Positions 25,390 to 37,424 of a DNA stretch of 64,000 nt are shown in pieces. The notes beneath the pieces are model-generated. The model was not told the DNA's origin. It made no database searches and saw nothing but the letters and a program-made list of their open reading frames with translations. Location of the stretch: positions 3,782,001 through 3,846,000 of the forward strand of contig NC_079238.1 in NCBI RefSeq assembly GCF_027921745.1, in the 5' to 3' direction. The first letter of the stretch is position 1. Every line of letters begins with the position of its first letter. The position numbers and the translations under genes were made by a program. This DNA comes from Schizosaccharomyces osmophilus (taxonomy: Eukaryota).

Positions 25390-26400
25390 TGCTAGTTTTG
25401 GAGCTTTGAGGGAAATTATAATTTGTAGGTTTCACTAGTTTGAGTAGTTGTCTATAGGGACAAATAATTCGTTAAATGAGTAAGCTTTTGCTAGAAGAAA
25501 TTTTATTTCATGAAGAAAGTAAATAATTTAAAGCAACAAATGCAATGCTACAGAAGAAAAACGACTGAGATTGTGTTGAAAAATGGGTTTATAAGGATGG
25601 ATGGTTTATGAACCCTTGGGTTACATTCCTTGTTTCACAGGAACGCAGATAAATTACAGCGAAAGAGAGTTTCAAGATTGTTAAAAGAGTTTAAGATTGC
25701 TTATAAGGATTGAAAGTAGCCATTTACAAGAAGAAAGCATCCCATCATAATCAAGATTTTAAGAGTGTTTCGACTGAAAGAAGAAAACAACATCAAAACA
25801 AATGATCCCAATCATACTTAGAGTCAACTTTCAAGAAAAAGCTCTTTCAGAAAACGAAGAAAACTGATCAAGTTTGCCGGGAGATGAAAAGTTTAGAAAT
25901 GATCACTCTTACTTTTCTGAGGTCTCTTTCTAGGAACTATCGAAATGTCATAAAAACCAGTTTAAACTAATTTTTACTAGTATTGTTCATTATGCAAAAT
26001 TAATATGCGCTAAGCCCAACAGGATGGATAAGGAAGTAATAAAGGATTATTGAAGAAAACGTAGAAGGAGCGGAAACAAACAAAAATAGATGATAATTAG
26101 TAAAAATGAAATAAAGATACCAGCTTAATAAGGAAACAAGATACAAAACAGTCATTACGAGATATGCATCACATATTCGCATCAGTGAAAAACACGATCA
26201 TAGAATAGTATGAAATAAAATAAAACACGGAAACCAAAACAAAGCCATCCTTGTAGAGAATAGAAAGTAGAAGGAGCCACAAAAGTCGCACAGACAACAT
26301 CATTGACTATGTGCAAGATGAGATTCAGTGTAAGGATGAAAAACATAGAAAATGCGACAGAGCATGAAGAGAGAAAAATGGAAAAACACAAGAAAAACTA

Positions 26401-26637
26401 TCAAGAAAGATGAAACCATAGCTGGGCGAATTCTTCGCGGTTGACTCTCCCATTCGTACCTGCAATTTCGAGCATAAGCTGAAGTTGGTCATGAGTCAAG
26501 TCTTCCCCAAGTAAGGAACAGGAACGTTTTAAATCCTCAAAGTCTATGAAACCCTTGTGGGTTATGTCAAAGAGGTCAAATGCTTCATCAGCTTCTTCGT
26601 CCATGACTACATGCTTCTGGGCAAGGGACGAGGACAT
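26401..26637 (-). CDS. Small EF-hand protein (calmodulin/centrin half-like, 78 aa; SPAC1687.14c ortholog)
   Basis: EAFDLFDITHKGFIDFEDL and GTNGRVNREEF form an EF-hand pair; ATG at 26637. Confidence 0.85.
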   Translation of the reverse strand: MSSSLAQKHVVMDEEADEAFDLFDITHKGFIDFEDLKRSCSLLGEDLTHDQLQLMLEIAGTNGRVNREEFAQLWFHLS

Positions 26638-28097
26638 TATGAATCGGTGGGAGTAAAGATGGAAAGAGAACCGCAAAAGCTGAGAATGATAATTGCCAGA
26701 CAAAAGTAAAGCAAGCAAGCAAGGGTGAAAAGGTATACCTAAAGAAGGATTGTTTTTTCGCGGCTATAGAGCCTGCAAAGAAAGAAAGAAGTTCTTTGAA
26801 AAACAAGGAAAAAGAAAACGAAAGAGAAATAGAAGAAATGTCAAGAATTGGTAAGCAGACAAAAGTTCTACAAGATTGCCTGTAAAATTAAATGGTGTAA
26901 GTATTTCACTAAATATAATTTCAGCTAGTATATATAATCCCAACAAGGTAGTATAATAAGGGATCAACAAAAGGCAACTGCTTGAAGAAAGAGCTTGCAA
27001 GCAAGAAAATAGCAATTCAAATAACATAAACAAAAGAAAAAAGAAGAAAACAAACGACGAGACAGCACAAGGACAATGCCATTTCAGACCTAGCGGATAG
27101 CGATAAGTAGTTTGAGTGCGCAAATCGAATTGTGCAATAGAACGAAGCGGTACAAATAATTAGTGCATTAGAGCTCACTCGCTAAATTAGCATACCGATG
27201 TATACCGAGAGTAAGCACCGATATGTATGGGGAGGAATTCTGTTTGTTTACGAGGAATTCCAAAGAGATTGCTGGCTGTTACTTCTCTTGCAAAGCTGCC
27301 AAACAACTTTTTCTGAGAGGGAACCGCTTGGTAAACTGCTGACTGCCTTTAGGAACGTCGCCGGTGTCCGTTTTCGACCTCTTCATAGTCCAATGGAACC
27401 ATACGTTGGTAACCAAGAAACGTAAGAGGATGCCTACATGGAAATGACAGACTTATAGGAAGAGCAAAATTTCTAAAAAATCGCATTTGCAGTACGCTGG
27501 CGATAGCTCTATGAAAACAGCGAATGATCTGGATCAAGAACGATCAAGTCGGACTCTGCTCACAAAAGTGGACCTTGAAGAAGGAAAAAACGGAAACCAA
27601 GCTTTTTTAAAAGAAAACAATAGAAAAAAAACTCTCAGTTCCAAACACATGCTCTTGATGTCTTTTTTTTTTCTGCTTTCTATTGCCATTAAATTGTTCG
27701 GTTATAACTTCGCTTACCAAATGCTTATTCTGCATGTTCTATGCCATGCTACACCGGCGTCATGGACTACCTCTTGTAAGCGGCTTCGTGCTTTTCAAGA
27801 TAATAACATACAGTGTTACCCAGAGTAACAAATTAAGTAACAAACGTCAGTCTCCACATCTTTTGTTACCTCACGTATACACGATGCTTCCATCCTCCTT
27901 TGACCTCTTCTCTAGCTTCCTTCTTCCAGCTTAATCCCTCTGAGATCCATCTTGTATTTTTCGTGTTTTTGGTTCTTTCTTATTGGTTTCTCTGTACAAA
28001 AACACCTCTAGCTTTTTTTCTGAAAGCTGATTCTCATTTGCCATCTCTTTAAAGGTTCCATAATCCGTTCTCGTGTTTCTACATCTTCTCTTTCATA

Positions 28098-29511
28098 ATG
28101 AGTCATGGTCTGCATCGTATGTAATTAGTGGATTTATTAGTTTTCGTTTTGTGTCTGTACCTTTGGCTTCAATTTACTAACTTTGGTTCTTTACAGATCC
28201 TGTGGACCCATTCCGGATTATCAAGGAAACCGCCCGTGATGGAGCCACGGGCGAAGTAAAGCAACTATCTTATACCTCTAGCAAAGTTGTTGGCTCAGGA
28301 AGCTTTGGCGTTGTCATTCAAGTTCATCTCGTTGAACATGACAGTAAAGCTGCCATTAAGCGCGTTTTGCAAGATAAACGTTTCAAGGTGTGTATAGTTG
28401 TTCTTTTTTCTATTTCCTCTGTCTTGTAATTTGGAGGCCAAATTTACGGTGTCGTAAAGAGACTTTTTGGGTTTCTTTTCAGTCTTGAATGAACGTCTAT
28501 TTGGCTTTTCCTTCTTAGCTTCTCGTCATCTTTTTGACTTCATACTAACCCTAGCAGAATAGAGAACTCCAAATCATGCGGCTCATAAAGCACCCCAACA
28601 TCGTCGACTTGATTGCTTACTACTACAATACTGGTGAAAATATCGACGAAGTATACTTGAACTTGGTTTTAGAATTCATGCCTGAAACCATCTATCGTGC
28701 TTCCCGATTGTATACTCGTCAAAAAGTGTCTATGCCTATAATTGAAGTTAAACTTTATATTTACCAACTTTTACGATCACTAGCCTATATCCATGCCAGC
28801 GGAATCTGCCATCGTGACATTAAACCCCAAAATTTACTGCTAGATCCTGAAACCGGTGCCTTGAAACTTTGCGACTTTGGTAGTGCGAAGATCCTTGTAG
28901 CCGGTGAACCCAACGTTTCCTATATCTGCTCTCGTTATTATCGTGCTCCTGAGCTCATTTTTGGTGCAACCGATTATACTCCCGCAATTGACGTTTGGTC
29001 CACTGGTTGTGTCATGGCTGAACTCATGCTGGGTCAACCCTTGTTTCCGGGAGAAAGCGGCATCGACCAGTTGGTAGAGATCATAAAAATCCTGGGTACT
29101 CCTACGCGAGAACAAATCAAAACAATGAATCCCAATTACATGGAACATCGATTTCCGCAAATTCGCCCTCATCCATTCTCCAGAGTCTTTTCGCGAAGCG
29201 TACCTACAGAAGCTATCGATTTGCTAACAAAGTTGCTCCAATATACTCCTAATGAACGTCTCACTGCTTTAGAAGCCATGTGTCATTCTTTCTTTGATGA
29301 ACTCCGTGATCCAAATACCAGACTCCCGAATTCTCGCAATCCTCAAAGTCCACCTCGTCCGTTACCAGAATTATTTAATTTTAGTCATTTGGAACTGTCT
29401 ATCCGTCCTGATTTGAACAAAAAATTGATACCTCCTCATGCTCGTGGTTCTTTACCCGTCGATTTGGACAACTTTGTCCCCGTCGAAATTAAGCGTGCGC
29501 AAATTGACTAA
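28098..29511 (+). CDS. gsk3: Glycogen synthase kinase 3 homolog; 3 exons
   Basis: [25 protein letters not shown] and [14 protein letters not shown] motifs. Introns 28117-28196 and 28388-28557. Confidence 0.97.
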
Positions 29512-30541
29512 AGGGCAAAAAGAACAAGCAAGTGGGCATGTGAAAGTGAATAGCTGCTCTGCAATTTGTGAGTGATAACACAGTTTCTGTTTGATGCTTC
29601 AACAATCTATCTCTTGCAATTGACTACTTTCTTGTTTCTTTTGAAATTTCATTATAATGCGATTTGTCTATCTACAACTCTCAAAGCTTTTCTAGTTCGT
29701 TTTTGGTTTATCTCTAATATTTTTGGAGAATGCAAGGAGAAGGAAATGCGAAATAGGTTGTTAATAGGTGATAGGCTTTTAATTGCGTCCTAAGAATTTG
29801 TGACACGACGACCTACATGATCACGAACAGGATAATATTTATGTTGATTGGTTTCCAGTTACTTATATATGTTGATTATTTCTGTTTTAATTGTTCGTGG
29901 AACTTATTTATATATACACGTTTATACATATTTACAATGTCACTGGAAATAAATGAAGGTACTTTGTTTTTTATATGTCGTCAATGTAGTGCGCCTGTGA
30001 AATGAAAGTATAGAAACAGCAGTGCTAGTGACAATGAATCTGACTTAGAAAAAAGATGAAATATTTACATTGATAAAAATGGAATTTTACATATGAAACT
30101 AAGTTGTTATTCATAAAGTTGACAGTAAAACCCAGTATGGAAAACCATAAACTTGGAAACGATACATTAAACCAAGCAAAATGTGAAAGCTATCATTGCA
30201 AAGGTTAAAGGGAGGTCCGTTCAAATGCAAATTAAACAGCTATACAATTCATGGGAAGCCTTTTTCCACGTAATGATGTTTGAGAATAAGAGCATGATTC
30301 GTCCTGTGTTTTAAATAGATACATTTACAAGAAAAAGAGAGTCTAAGCTAGCTCAAATGGTAATAGTCATTGAAAGAGAACAAGTTTAATGAACCATTTT
30401 TTTTCAATCAGCACGAAAATAACAAGTCATAATCGTTTGTAAACAAAGGATTGTTTGCAAAGCAAAAGAGGAAGAAAAAAAAAACGAGAAAGGAAAAGGC
30501 ATGGGAAAAAAACAAAAGCAATGGAGAAGAGAAAGAACGAA

Positions 30542-31441
30542 TTACTTGATTTTCTTACCATCGGAAGCGTAATCACGATCGTCTTCTCCTTCGACTTGGC
30601 TGCGAATGAATTCATACTCCGTAAGCTCTCTCTTCAGAACATCATCATTTCTGCGAAGGGTATTGTCATACCAGGCCTCGTCTGGAGCACGGAAAGAATT
30701 TCCGAGGCGATCAAATAGTGTAGTAAATTGGCCATAGTTGTAGTTGAAATAAATGTGATGACCATTGTGGTGGGCCGCGCCATTAATAATAGGATTGTTG
30801 GAAATGTACTTGCCATCATGAATCATAATGGTCCAAAAGTTAACAAACGTGAAAAGAGCAAGGTAAGTCCATTTGTGCAGGGGAAAGAAGAATGGGAAAA
30901 GATGATATGGCAAAGACTGGAGGAAACCGTCGGCGGACTTGAAGGCATGAGAAGCGTATGGTGTGCAAATAATCCATTTATGGTGTAACTTGTGAAGACG
31001 AGGATACACCCAACGATGATGAAGAAAGCGATGAGCCCAGTAGATACCAAAGTCTGAGAAAAGAACAAACAAGGGAAGAGAAATAAAGTAGTAGGTTGTC
31101 CCGTAATCGCTAATGCTATCATATAATAAGCTATAACCGTGTACTTCGGCCAAAAACCAAGGCACTGTAAGTAAGGCCATTCCGGGAAGATTTATCGAAG
31201 CTGCCCAAATCTCTTGCCATACTTGGTTTTTGAGGAACTTGGGATGCTTCATCAGGCTCTTGTCAAAAACATAATGGTAGGACAAAGATGAGAACGTTAT
31301 ATACAACAGGAAGCCACCCATCCATGTTAAAAAGAACAAACTAATTGCTTCACGCAAGATATGATCGCGAGCTAAAGGATACACTTGATCGTAAACAGAA
31401 TCCAAGACATATTGGTCGGCTAAATCCAGCAAATAATCCAT
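30542..31441 (-). CDS. erg31: C-5 sterol desaturase Erg31
   Basis: His boxes HRFLH, HKLHHKW and HHNGHH, plus NYNYGQFTTLFDR. Confidence 0.95.
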   Translation of the reverse strand: MDYLLDLADQYVLDSVYDQVYPLARDHILREAISLFFLTWMGGFLLYITFSSLSYHYVFDKSLMKHPKFLKNQVWQEIWAASINLPGMALLTVPWFLAEVHGYSLLYDSISDYGTTYYFISLPLFVLFSDFGIYWAHRFLHHRWVYPRLHKLHHKWIICTPYASHAFKSADGFLQSLPYHLFPFFFPLHKWTYLALFTFVNFWTIMIHDGKYISNNPIINGAAHHNGHHIYFNYNYGQFTTLFDRLGNSFRAPDEAWYDNTLRRNDDVLKRELTEYEFIRSQVEGEDDRDYASDGKKIK

Positions 31442-32416
31442 GGAGTTGGCAGAGTACTGAAAAAAGAGTGGCTGTAAGGCAGCGTATAAGAAGGTGTAGG
31501 AAATGGTCTGATTTTCTGATTGCGAGATGGTTGGCTTATCCCTATTAACCTCAAACTAGACGAAACTTTTTTTTTATTCTGCCGCGCGTTGCACTGCACT
31601 CGTAAATAAAGGGAAAACAAAGAGGAATTGAACAAAATCCTTTAGTTTTACAACACAAGGATTCATTGGAATTCCGGCTGTTGCAAAAATGATTGTCCGT
31701 GAAAGAGGGAAAATCCGTGCTAAAAAGAGAAGGACACAAACTGTCGTTAAAGACTTTGTATGTAACAAAAATCTTGCCGATATAAGCAGCTAATGGTGAA
31801 AAGAAACCATCTTATTCCTTCTTTTTTGTTGCACTCTTTGTGCGATGTAGTGGGAGCGCAATGTAGGACACAGACGCAATAGGATTCTCAATTTGAAACG
31901 ATTCTTTTTTATAAATAAAAACAGGGTCGCAGCATACAATCAACGTATTTTAAACCACAATTCCTTCTCAAGCATCTCCCATTCCCATGTTGAGCAAAAG
32001 ATCTTTTCTGTTCTTGTTTGTCGAACATGTTTATGGAACTCAAAGTCAATCGTACCAGGATGAAACTTGTTGTCTTTCCGCAAGACAATGCAACCTCTTA
32101 ATAAATCAGCATTAGTTCACAATAATAGAAAAACGATTTAGAAAGGTACTCTTTCGGGTTCAGCCTGAAAGGGGTTTGTATCCTATATAGCATAACATCC
32201 ACCGGGGACTAAGAACTGTGGCCTTTCTAAGTCATGAATGCCAGGAATGCTGAAATGCACTCTCCTCAAACATGATTTATCAAACAAACCGGAAGCAAAC
32301 TAGCATGGTTCCATTCCCGACCCGCAAACAAATCAAACATAATCAGCATTTGGAAGTGAAAAGAACAGTATGCATATTTGCAGTAGTATTTACCCCATAC
32401 GATGAGTTATTCAAGT

Positions 32417-32419
<3 letters not shown>

Positions 32420-32447
<28 letters not shown>
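32420..32447. repeat. Poly(dT) tract (about 28 nt)
   Basis: Uninterrupted T run in the erg31-der1 intergenic region. Confidence 0.9.
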
Positions 32448-32453
<6 letters not shown>

Positions 32454-32913
32454 AACTTCAAATTAGCTAATTGTTCCGTTAACCTAAGAGAATTAACTGC
32501 GCTTGTACACTTATTTACCAAGGGTTAACATAGACACTAGACAATAAAGGCATGTGGAATCAAAGAAATTACCTTTTTTGTTACATAGCAAAAGCTCTAT
32601 TTATTAGATACAGGACGAAGCGGCAAACTGATTCCAATCCCCGGTTTCTTTCTGTAGTATATGTTAATATGGACAAGTTGAGACATTTAATATGTCAATT
32701 GAATCGTCAATCTCCTCAGAAAAGAAGCAATTTACCGCTTGCACTTTAAGAGATCATTTTTAAGGAAATTCATCAAGCAGTGTCTGGCGGATAGGATGGA
32801 TATATTGATAAGCCTTTCAAAGAATTTCGATTTCGATCCTCTTTTAATTATTACCCTGAAATATGCAAACTTATGCTGATAGCTCTATTTTCTAAAAAAA
32901 GTGAATAAAGCCA

Positions 32914-33652
32914 TTAAATAGCTGCAAAGTCATTAAGGAAAAAATAGGTATGCCCAATTAAGGCACTCATTAAATCCAAAACAGGAAAGCTTCCACTACG
33001 AAACCAGCGTAGAAGAACCATGACCCACGGAACATATGGAGCTTTTACATCAAATAATCCTAAAATGGAGACCCTGTACAAAGGATGTTTCCAGGACCAG
33101 ATATAAAGCATACTAAAGGAAAAGTAAGAAGCCGCGAACGGCATATGGAAGAAATATGTCATAACTAGCAAAGATCCACAAATGATGCTTAGTGTTTTTA
33201 AAAAGTTTTTCGTCCGTGGAGGAGGACTAGCTTCTTCAAGCATGCTCATAAATCGTAACAAAAAGGACAGGTACAGAATAGACTCCAAACTTAACGGGCC
33301 AATATACAGAAACGTAGTAATAGCTCTCCAATACTGAAATGCATTAGTTTTCCTGTTGCTCCAACATTCAACCCATATAAAATGTTTACATATTGGTTTT
33401 GCAGCATACCTCTCCTTTGAATAAAAATAACTTCCAATTGAAAAAGACTCTTAATTCCGAAAGGTACCCAAAGTTCTTGAAGGGTTAGCTCATTTTGTAT
33501 GCTTTGCTATTTTCTACGTACTACCGCTAAAGTTGTCAATAAAGTACCAAAAACAAGGTATCTGCAGGTTGTTAACATTTATGATTTCTTTTTTTATATA
33601 TTTACCTTGTGACAGGAGGTGTCTGTCTTATAAATTCTGGAAGAATGGCCAT
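32914..33652 (-). CDS. der1: Derlin (Der1-like ERAD protein); 4 exons
   Basis: Spliced product MAILPEFIRQTPPVTRY...GEYWRAITTFLY...MSMLEE...APYVPW...GHTYFFL. Confidence 0.9.
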
Positions 33653-33844
33653 TGCCAACGAACTATTGATATGGTGGTTTCTCAGAACATTAGGTGAATT
33701 CAATATCTAAATATTATGATGAAGTGCGTACTCGAATACATAGCAGGAAAGAACTTACAGCTTTGTGTAAATTTTTATTCTGTATATTAAATAATTTATT
33801 TACATTATTTTATATTCGATATCGAAATTGTGGATATCAACCTT

Positions 33845-35697
33845 CTATGCTGAAATATTTAATTTGAGGGAAAAATTTTTTGAATCTCTTCCCACATGGA
33901 TGCATTCTCTTCTTTTTGTCGTTTCAACTTTTCAAAGTCGTGAACGTGTTGGTATAGTACTAAATCCGTTAGTTAGTCAACTGTATCTTTGTCTCCCTGG
34001 AATTAGTCAACGATTCTGAAATACACTTACCTTCTACATTTTTACCAGAAAAGAAAGACCAAATGCTATCCTTGCTTTTTCTGGCTAATGTGAGTGCAGA
34101 GCTAGCCATTTTCTCAGCTTGCTCATAATTTCCTAAACGTGTACACAGTTCTGTGAACACAACATACTGTAATTGGGTATTTGAAAGCTCTGCTGAATGC
34201 TGCGTAAGCCTCAGCAAACTGTTTGTTTTTTGAACGTGAGTATTTTCTCTAGATACTTTTAAAATCATCCACCACAGACTGTAAACTATATTTTTCTGTT
34301 CCTTACAAGACGTTTCTAACCACTCTAAAGAGTGGCTTGCTTCAGTACTATCTTGTAATAGGTTGATTAAATTGAGCGTGGACAAAATGAAAACATCTTT
34401 GGGGGTATCAGGGTTTTTCAATATCGTTCGGTAAATAGATTCTGCTTCGTCGAAGTTTCCCATTTTATGCTTAAGCATACCATTTAATAAATTTCGAAAA
34501 ACGTTTGATTCAACCTCGTTCAAGGATAATATTTTCTCGGCTTTCGAAAACTTTGAACGGCTCAAATGTGCCGCTATTAGATAACATTTGATATTATCTA
34601 TAATACGATAAAACCATTGATCTGTTTCAAAGTACTCATTCACTGTAATTTCATGAGGTACAAAATCTCCTGAAATGCGCAATCCCTCTTGAAGGAATCT
34701 ACTGGCACGTCCTGAACTAGTTTCAGGTAAGTAGCAAATGCCAGAAATCAAATAAGCAAGGATATAAATTTGACTAATAGAAAGCCATTTAAGGTGTATC
34801 GAGGTTTCTCCGTCTATAGTAAAGTCTATATGAGATGATTCCCATTTTAAAGTGTCAGATTCAAGAAGCATATGTACAGTATTTAACTTCTCTCTGGATT
34901 GTAAAATCTTTCCCTCGCTAACACATTTCACAATCTGCGTTATCAAAACAAGAACAGCTATTTGATGTGTTCGAGTTGGAATTTCTTCCATTGGTAAATC
35001 TTGATTTAATATCGATGCCAAAAGTATCATCTCTTGATGATTATACGGCTTTGCATAATTATGTATGTTTTTAGAAATATGCTGGACACCTTGAAAAGAA
35101 GAGCAACAAAGATAAAATTCATATACCCATTTATGAGCATTGGCAATGCCCTGTGTACCATACATTTCCATTACTTTCGCATATTCTTGTGCTTCTTGAA
35201 TACAACGAAGTAGTAAGACTTTCCCAGCTTTCGGTGAGGTTTTACTGAAGATACGCGCTAGCAAAAGCTGTAAGCTGAACTTTTCTTCAACGAGATTCTA
35301 AGGAAAGTTAGAAGCATGTACTAAAGACTACTACATACGTGTTGTTTAGCAATTAACATTGCTCGATTCAATATAGACTCAGCATCTGCATATTCTTGTG
35401 TATGATGCAACAAAATTTCGCATATACGCTTTCTAGTTAATAACTCAACCCGTGGCTCAATAGTGGTATCCTACATATAATAATATTAGCAAAAAGGAAT
35501 AATTTCAGAAAAAAACTAACCAGTAAAACTGCATAAAGACAGCGAAGACCGCCTGTTAGCAAATCACTAAAAGCTCTAGTAGCTCTTCGGTGCTGTAGAG
35601 TTTTTTCAGCCTGTCGAAAATAAACCTCAGCCAACGGCCATAAAAAAAAATGTCTAGAGCTCACAAAGTGTTCTCTTTCGATGGAGTTAACAGTCAT
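33845..35697 (-). CDS. ssl3: Cohesin loader subunit Ssl3 (Scc4/MAU2); 4 exons
   Basis: TPR-like helical protein with an N-terminal LWPLAEVYF...GLRCL motif. Three introns; the last exon encodes [19 protein letters not shown]. Syntenic position. Confidence 0.85.
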
Positions 35698-35990
35698 AAC
35701 ATTATTTGGTTGCACACGAGCGGTTGAGCCAGAATGGTTCAACTGTAAGAATATTAGGCATTTAACGTGTTCGCCAAGGTAAAATAAATACATCTATATT
35801 CAATGCTATTAAAATTACTATTTACAAATATGATTTTAAGATTAGCATATAAAAAAATCTAAAGCAGCATGATCCAAAAAGCTCTTTAGATATTATATCT
35901 ATCAAGTTGTTAAACCAAAAAACCCATAGCAATTTTGTTTTATAAAGTATTGTCAAATGCCATCTAGTCCTTAGATATCCAATTTTTCTT

Positions 35991-37308
35991 TTAACCCTCT
36001 AATAAATCAATGTTCACTAGACGTAATGCTCTAACAGCCCATTCAGGATATGTAGAACGATTTCCATTGTGCCACTTTAAAAAGAAATCCTTAACAAATT
36101 GAGGAAAACAATCCTTTATGATGCTAGATCTCATGTCACGCATGAGTTGTAATTGAAACTGAGTATTGTGGATTGTCACAAGGTGAGCACCAACGGTTTC
36201 CTTCGATACCAAAGAACTCATAAAAGCACGGGTAACTCCCCAACCTCCTTTCTCCTTTGGAAGACAACAAGGGCATTGACATTCTTCATCCAAAGGACTC
36301 AAGTCCGTCTTGAATCTTCGGTTTCGCAAATTCAAGGTACCGTTTCTCGTTAATGCATTCCCGAATCTTGCAGTCCTCGTAGGATAGACACAATCAAACA
36401 TGTCCATACCCAAAGCAACACAAACCACCAGATCCTCTGCATAGCCAACACCCATAAGATATCTAGGTTTATTTTCAGGTAGTATACCAGTACATGTATG
36501 GACGCTAACGATCGTTAATATTTCTCAAAGAGTCATTGGCATACTTACATTTCACAAAAACTCGTTTTTTCCTCTCCTCCAGATAATCCTCCAATTGCAA
36601 TTCCTGGAGTATCCCTCTTCATCATTTCCGTACAACAAATTTCTCGTAATCTTTTATTCAAACCTCCTTGAATTATGCAAAATAGATTTTGACTTTCCAT
36701 GTTCTTTTGTGCCGCTTGACAACGATCTAACCATCTTATCGATCGATACATGGCTTCTTCCATTCGGACATCTTCTGTCAGGCTATGGACTACGTCGTCC
36801 AACTGCATCATAATGTCAGACCCAATAGTATTTTGTAAATCAATAGAGTGTTCTGGTGTCAACAGCATTGGTGTACCGTCCCTAGGAGATAAAAAGGTGA
36901 CTCCCTCTTCAGTGATGGTAGCAAGTTTCAATAACGAAACCATTTGAAATCCACCACTGTCAGTCAATAAATTTCTTTTCCATGACTGTAACTTGTGGGC
37001 ACCTCCTATAGTATCTAAGATCTCTTTTCCTGGTTTCAAGCCCAAATGGTAGGTATTGTTCAGCATTATTTGACAACCCATTTTGTCTAACTGTTCCGGT
37101 AGAACACCTTTTAAAGAAGCCTCTTAAAGATTAAAGTTAGTGAATTTATTGCAAAGTAGAAAGAATTGATAGACATACGGGTTCCTACGGGCATAAAAAC
37201 AGGCGCTTCAACAGGACCATGCGGCAACTCAAGAATGCTTGCTCTAGCACGCGTTGTTGAGCATTTTGCAATTACTTTATAATTTAAAGCTGGATAAGAA
37301 GAACTCAT
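35991..37308 (-). CDS. qtr1: Queuine tRNA-ribosyltransferase catalytic subunit; 3 exons
   Basis: [43 protein letters not shown] and DCVYPTR motifs, plus a CxCxxC zinc site. Confidence 0.96.
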
Positions 37309-37424
37309 GTAGCAAGAATATATATCTGTTTATGATGACTCTCCTAAATCTTACCAAAAATTTTTGGGATATTAGTTGTTTGGTTATATGAAGTAGCAAA
37401 TAGAGTTCTACTAGAGAAAAATCC

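Noticed and set aside
26000..27934. Hydrophobic short ORFs around the EF-hand gene and gsk3 promoter
   Set aside because: F/L-rich translations of T-rich UTR and promoter DNA, many with non-ATG starts and no recognisable motifs.
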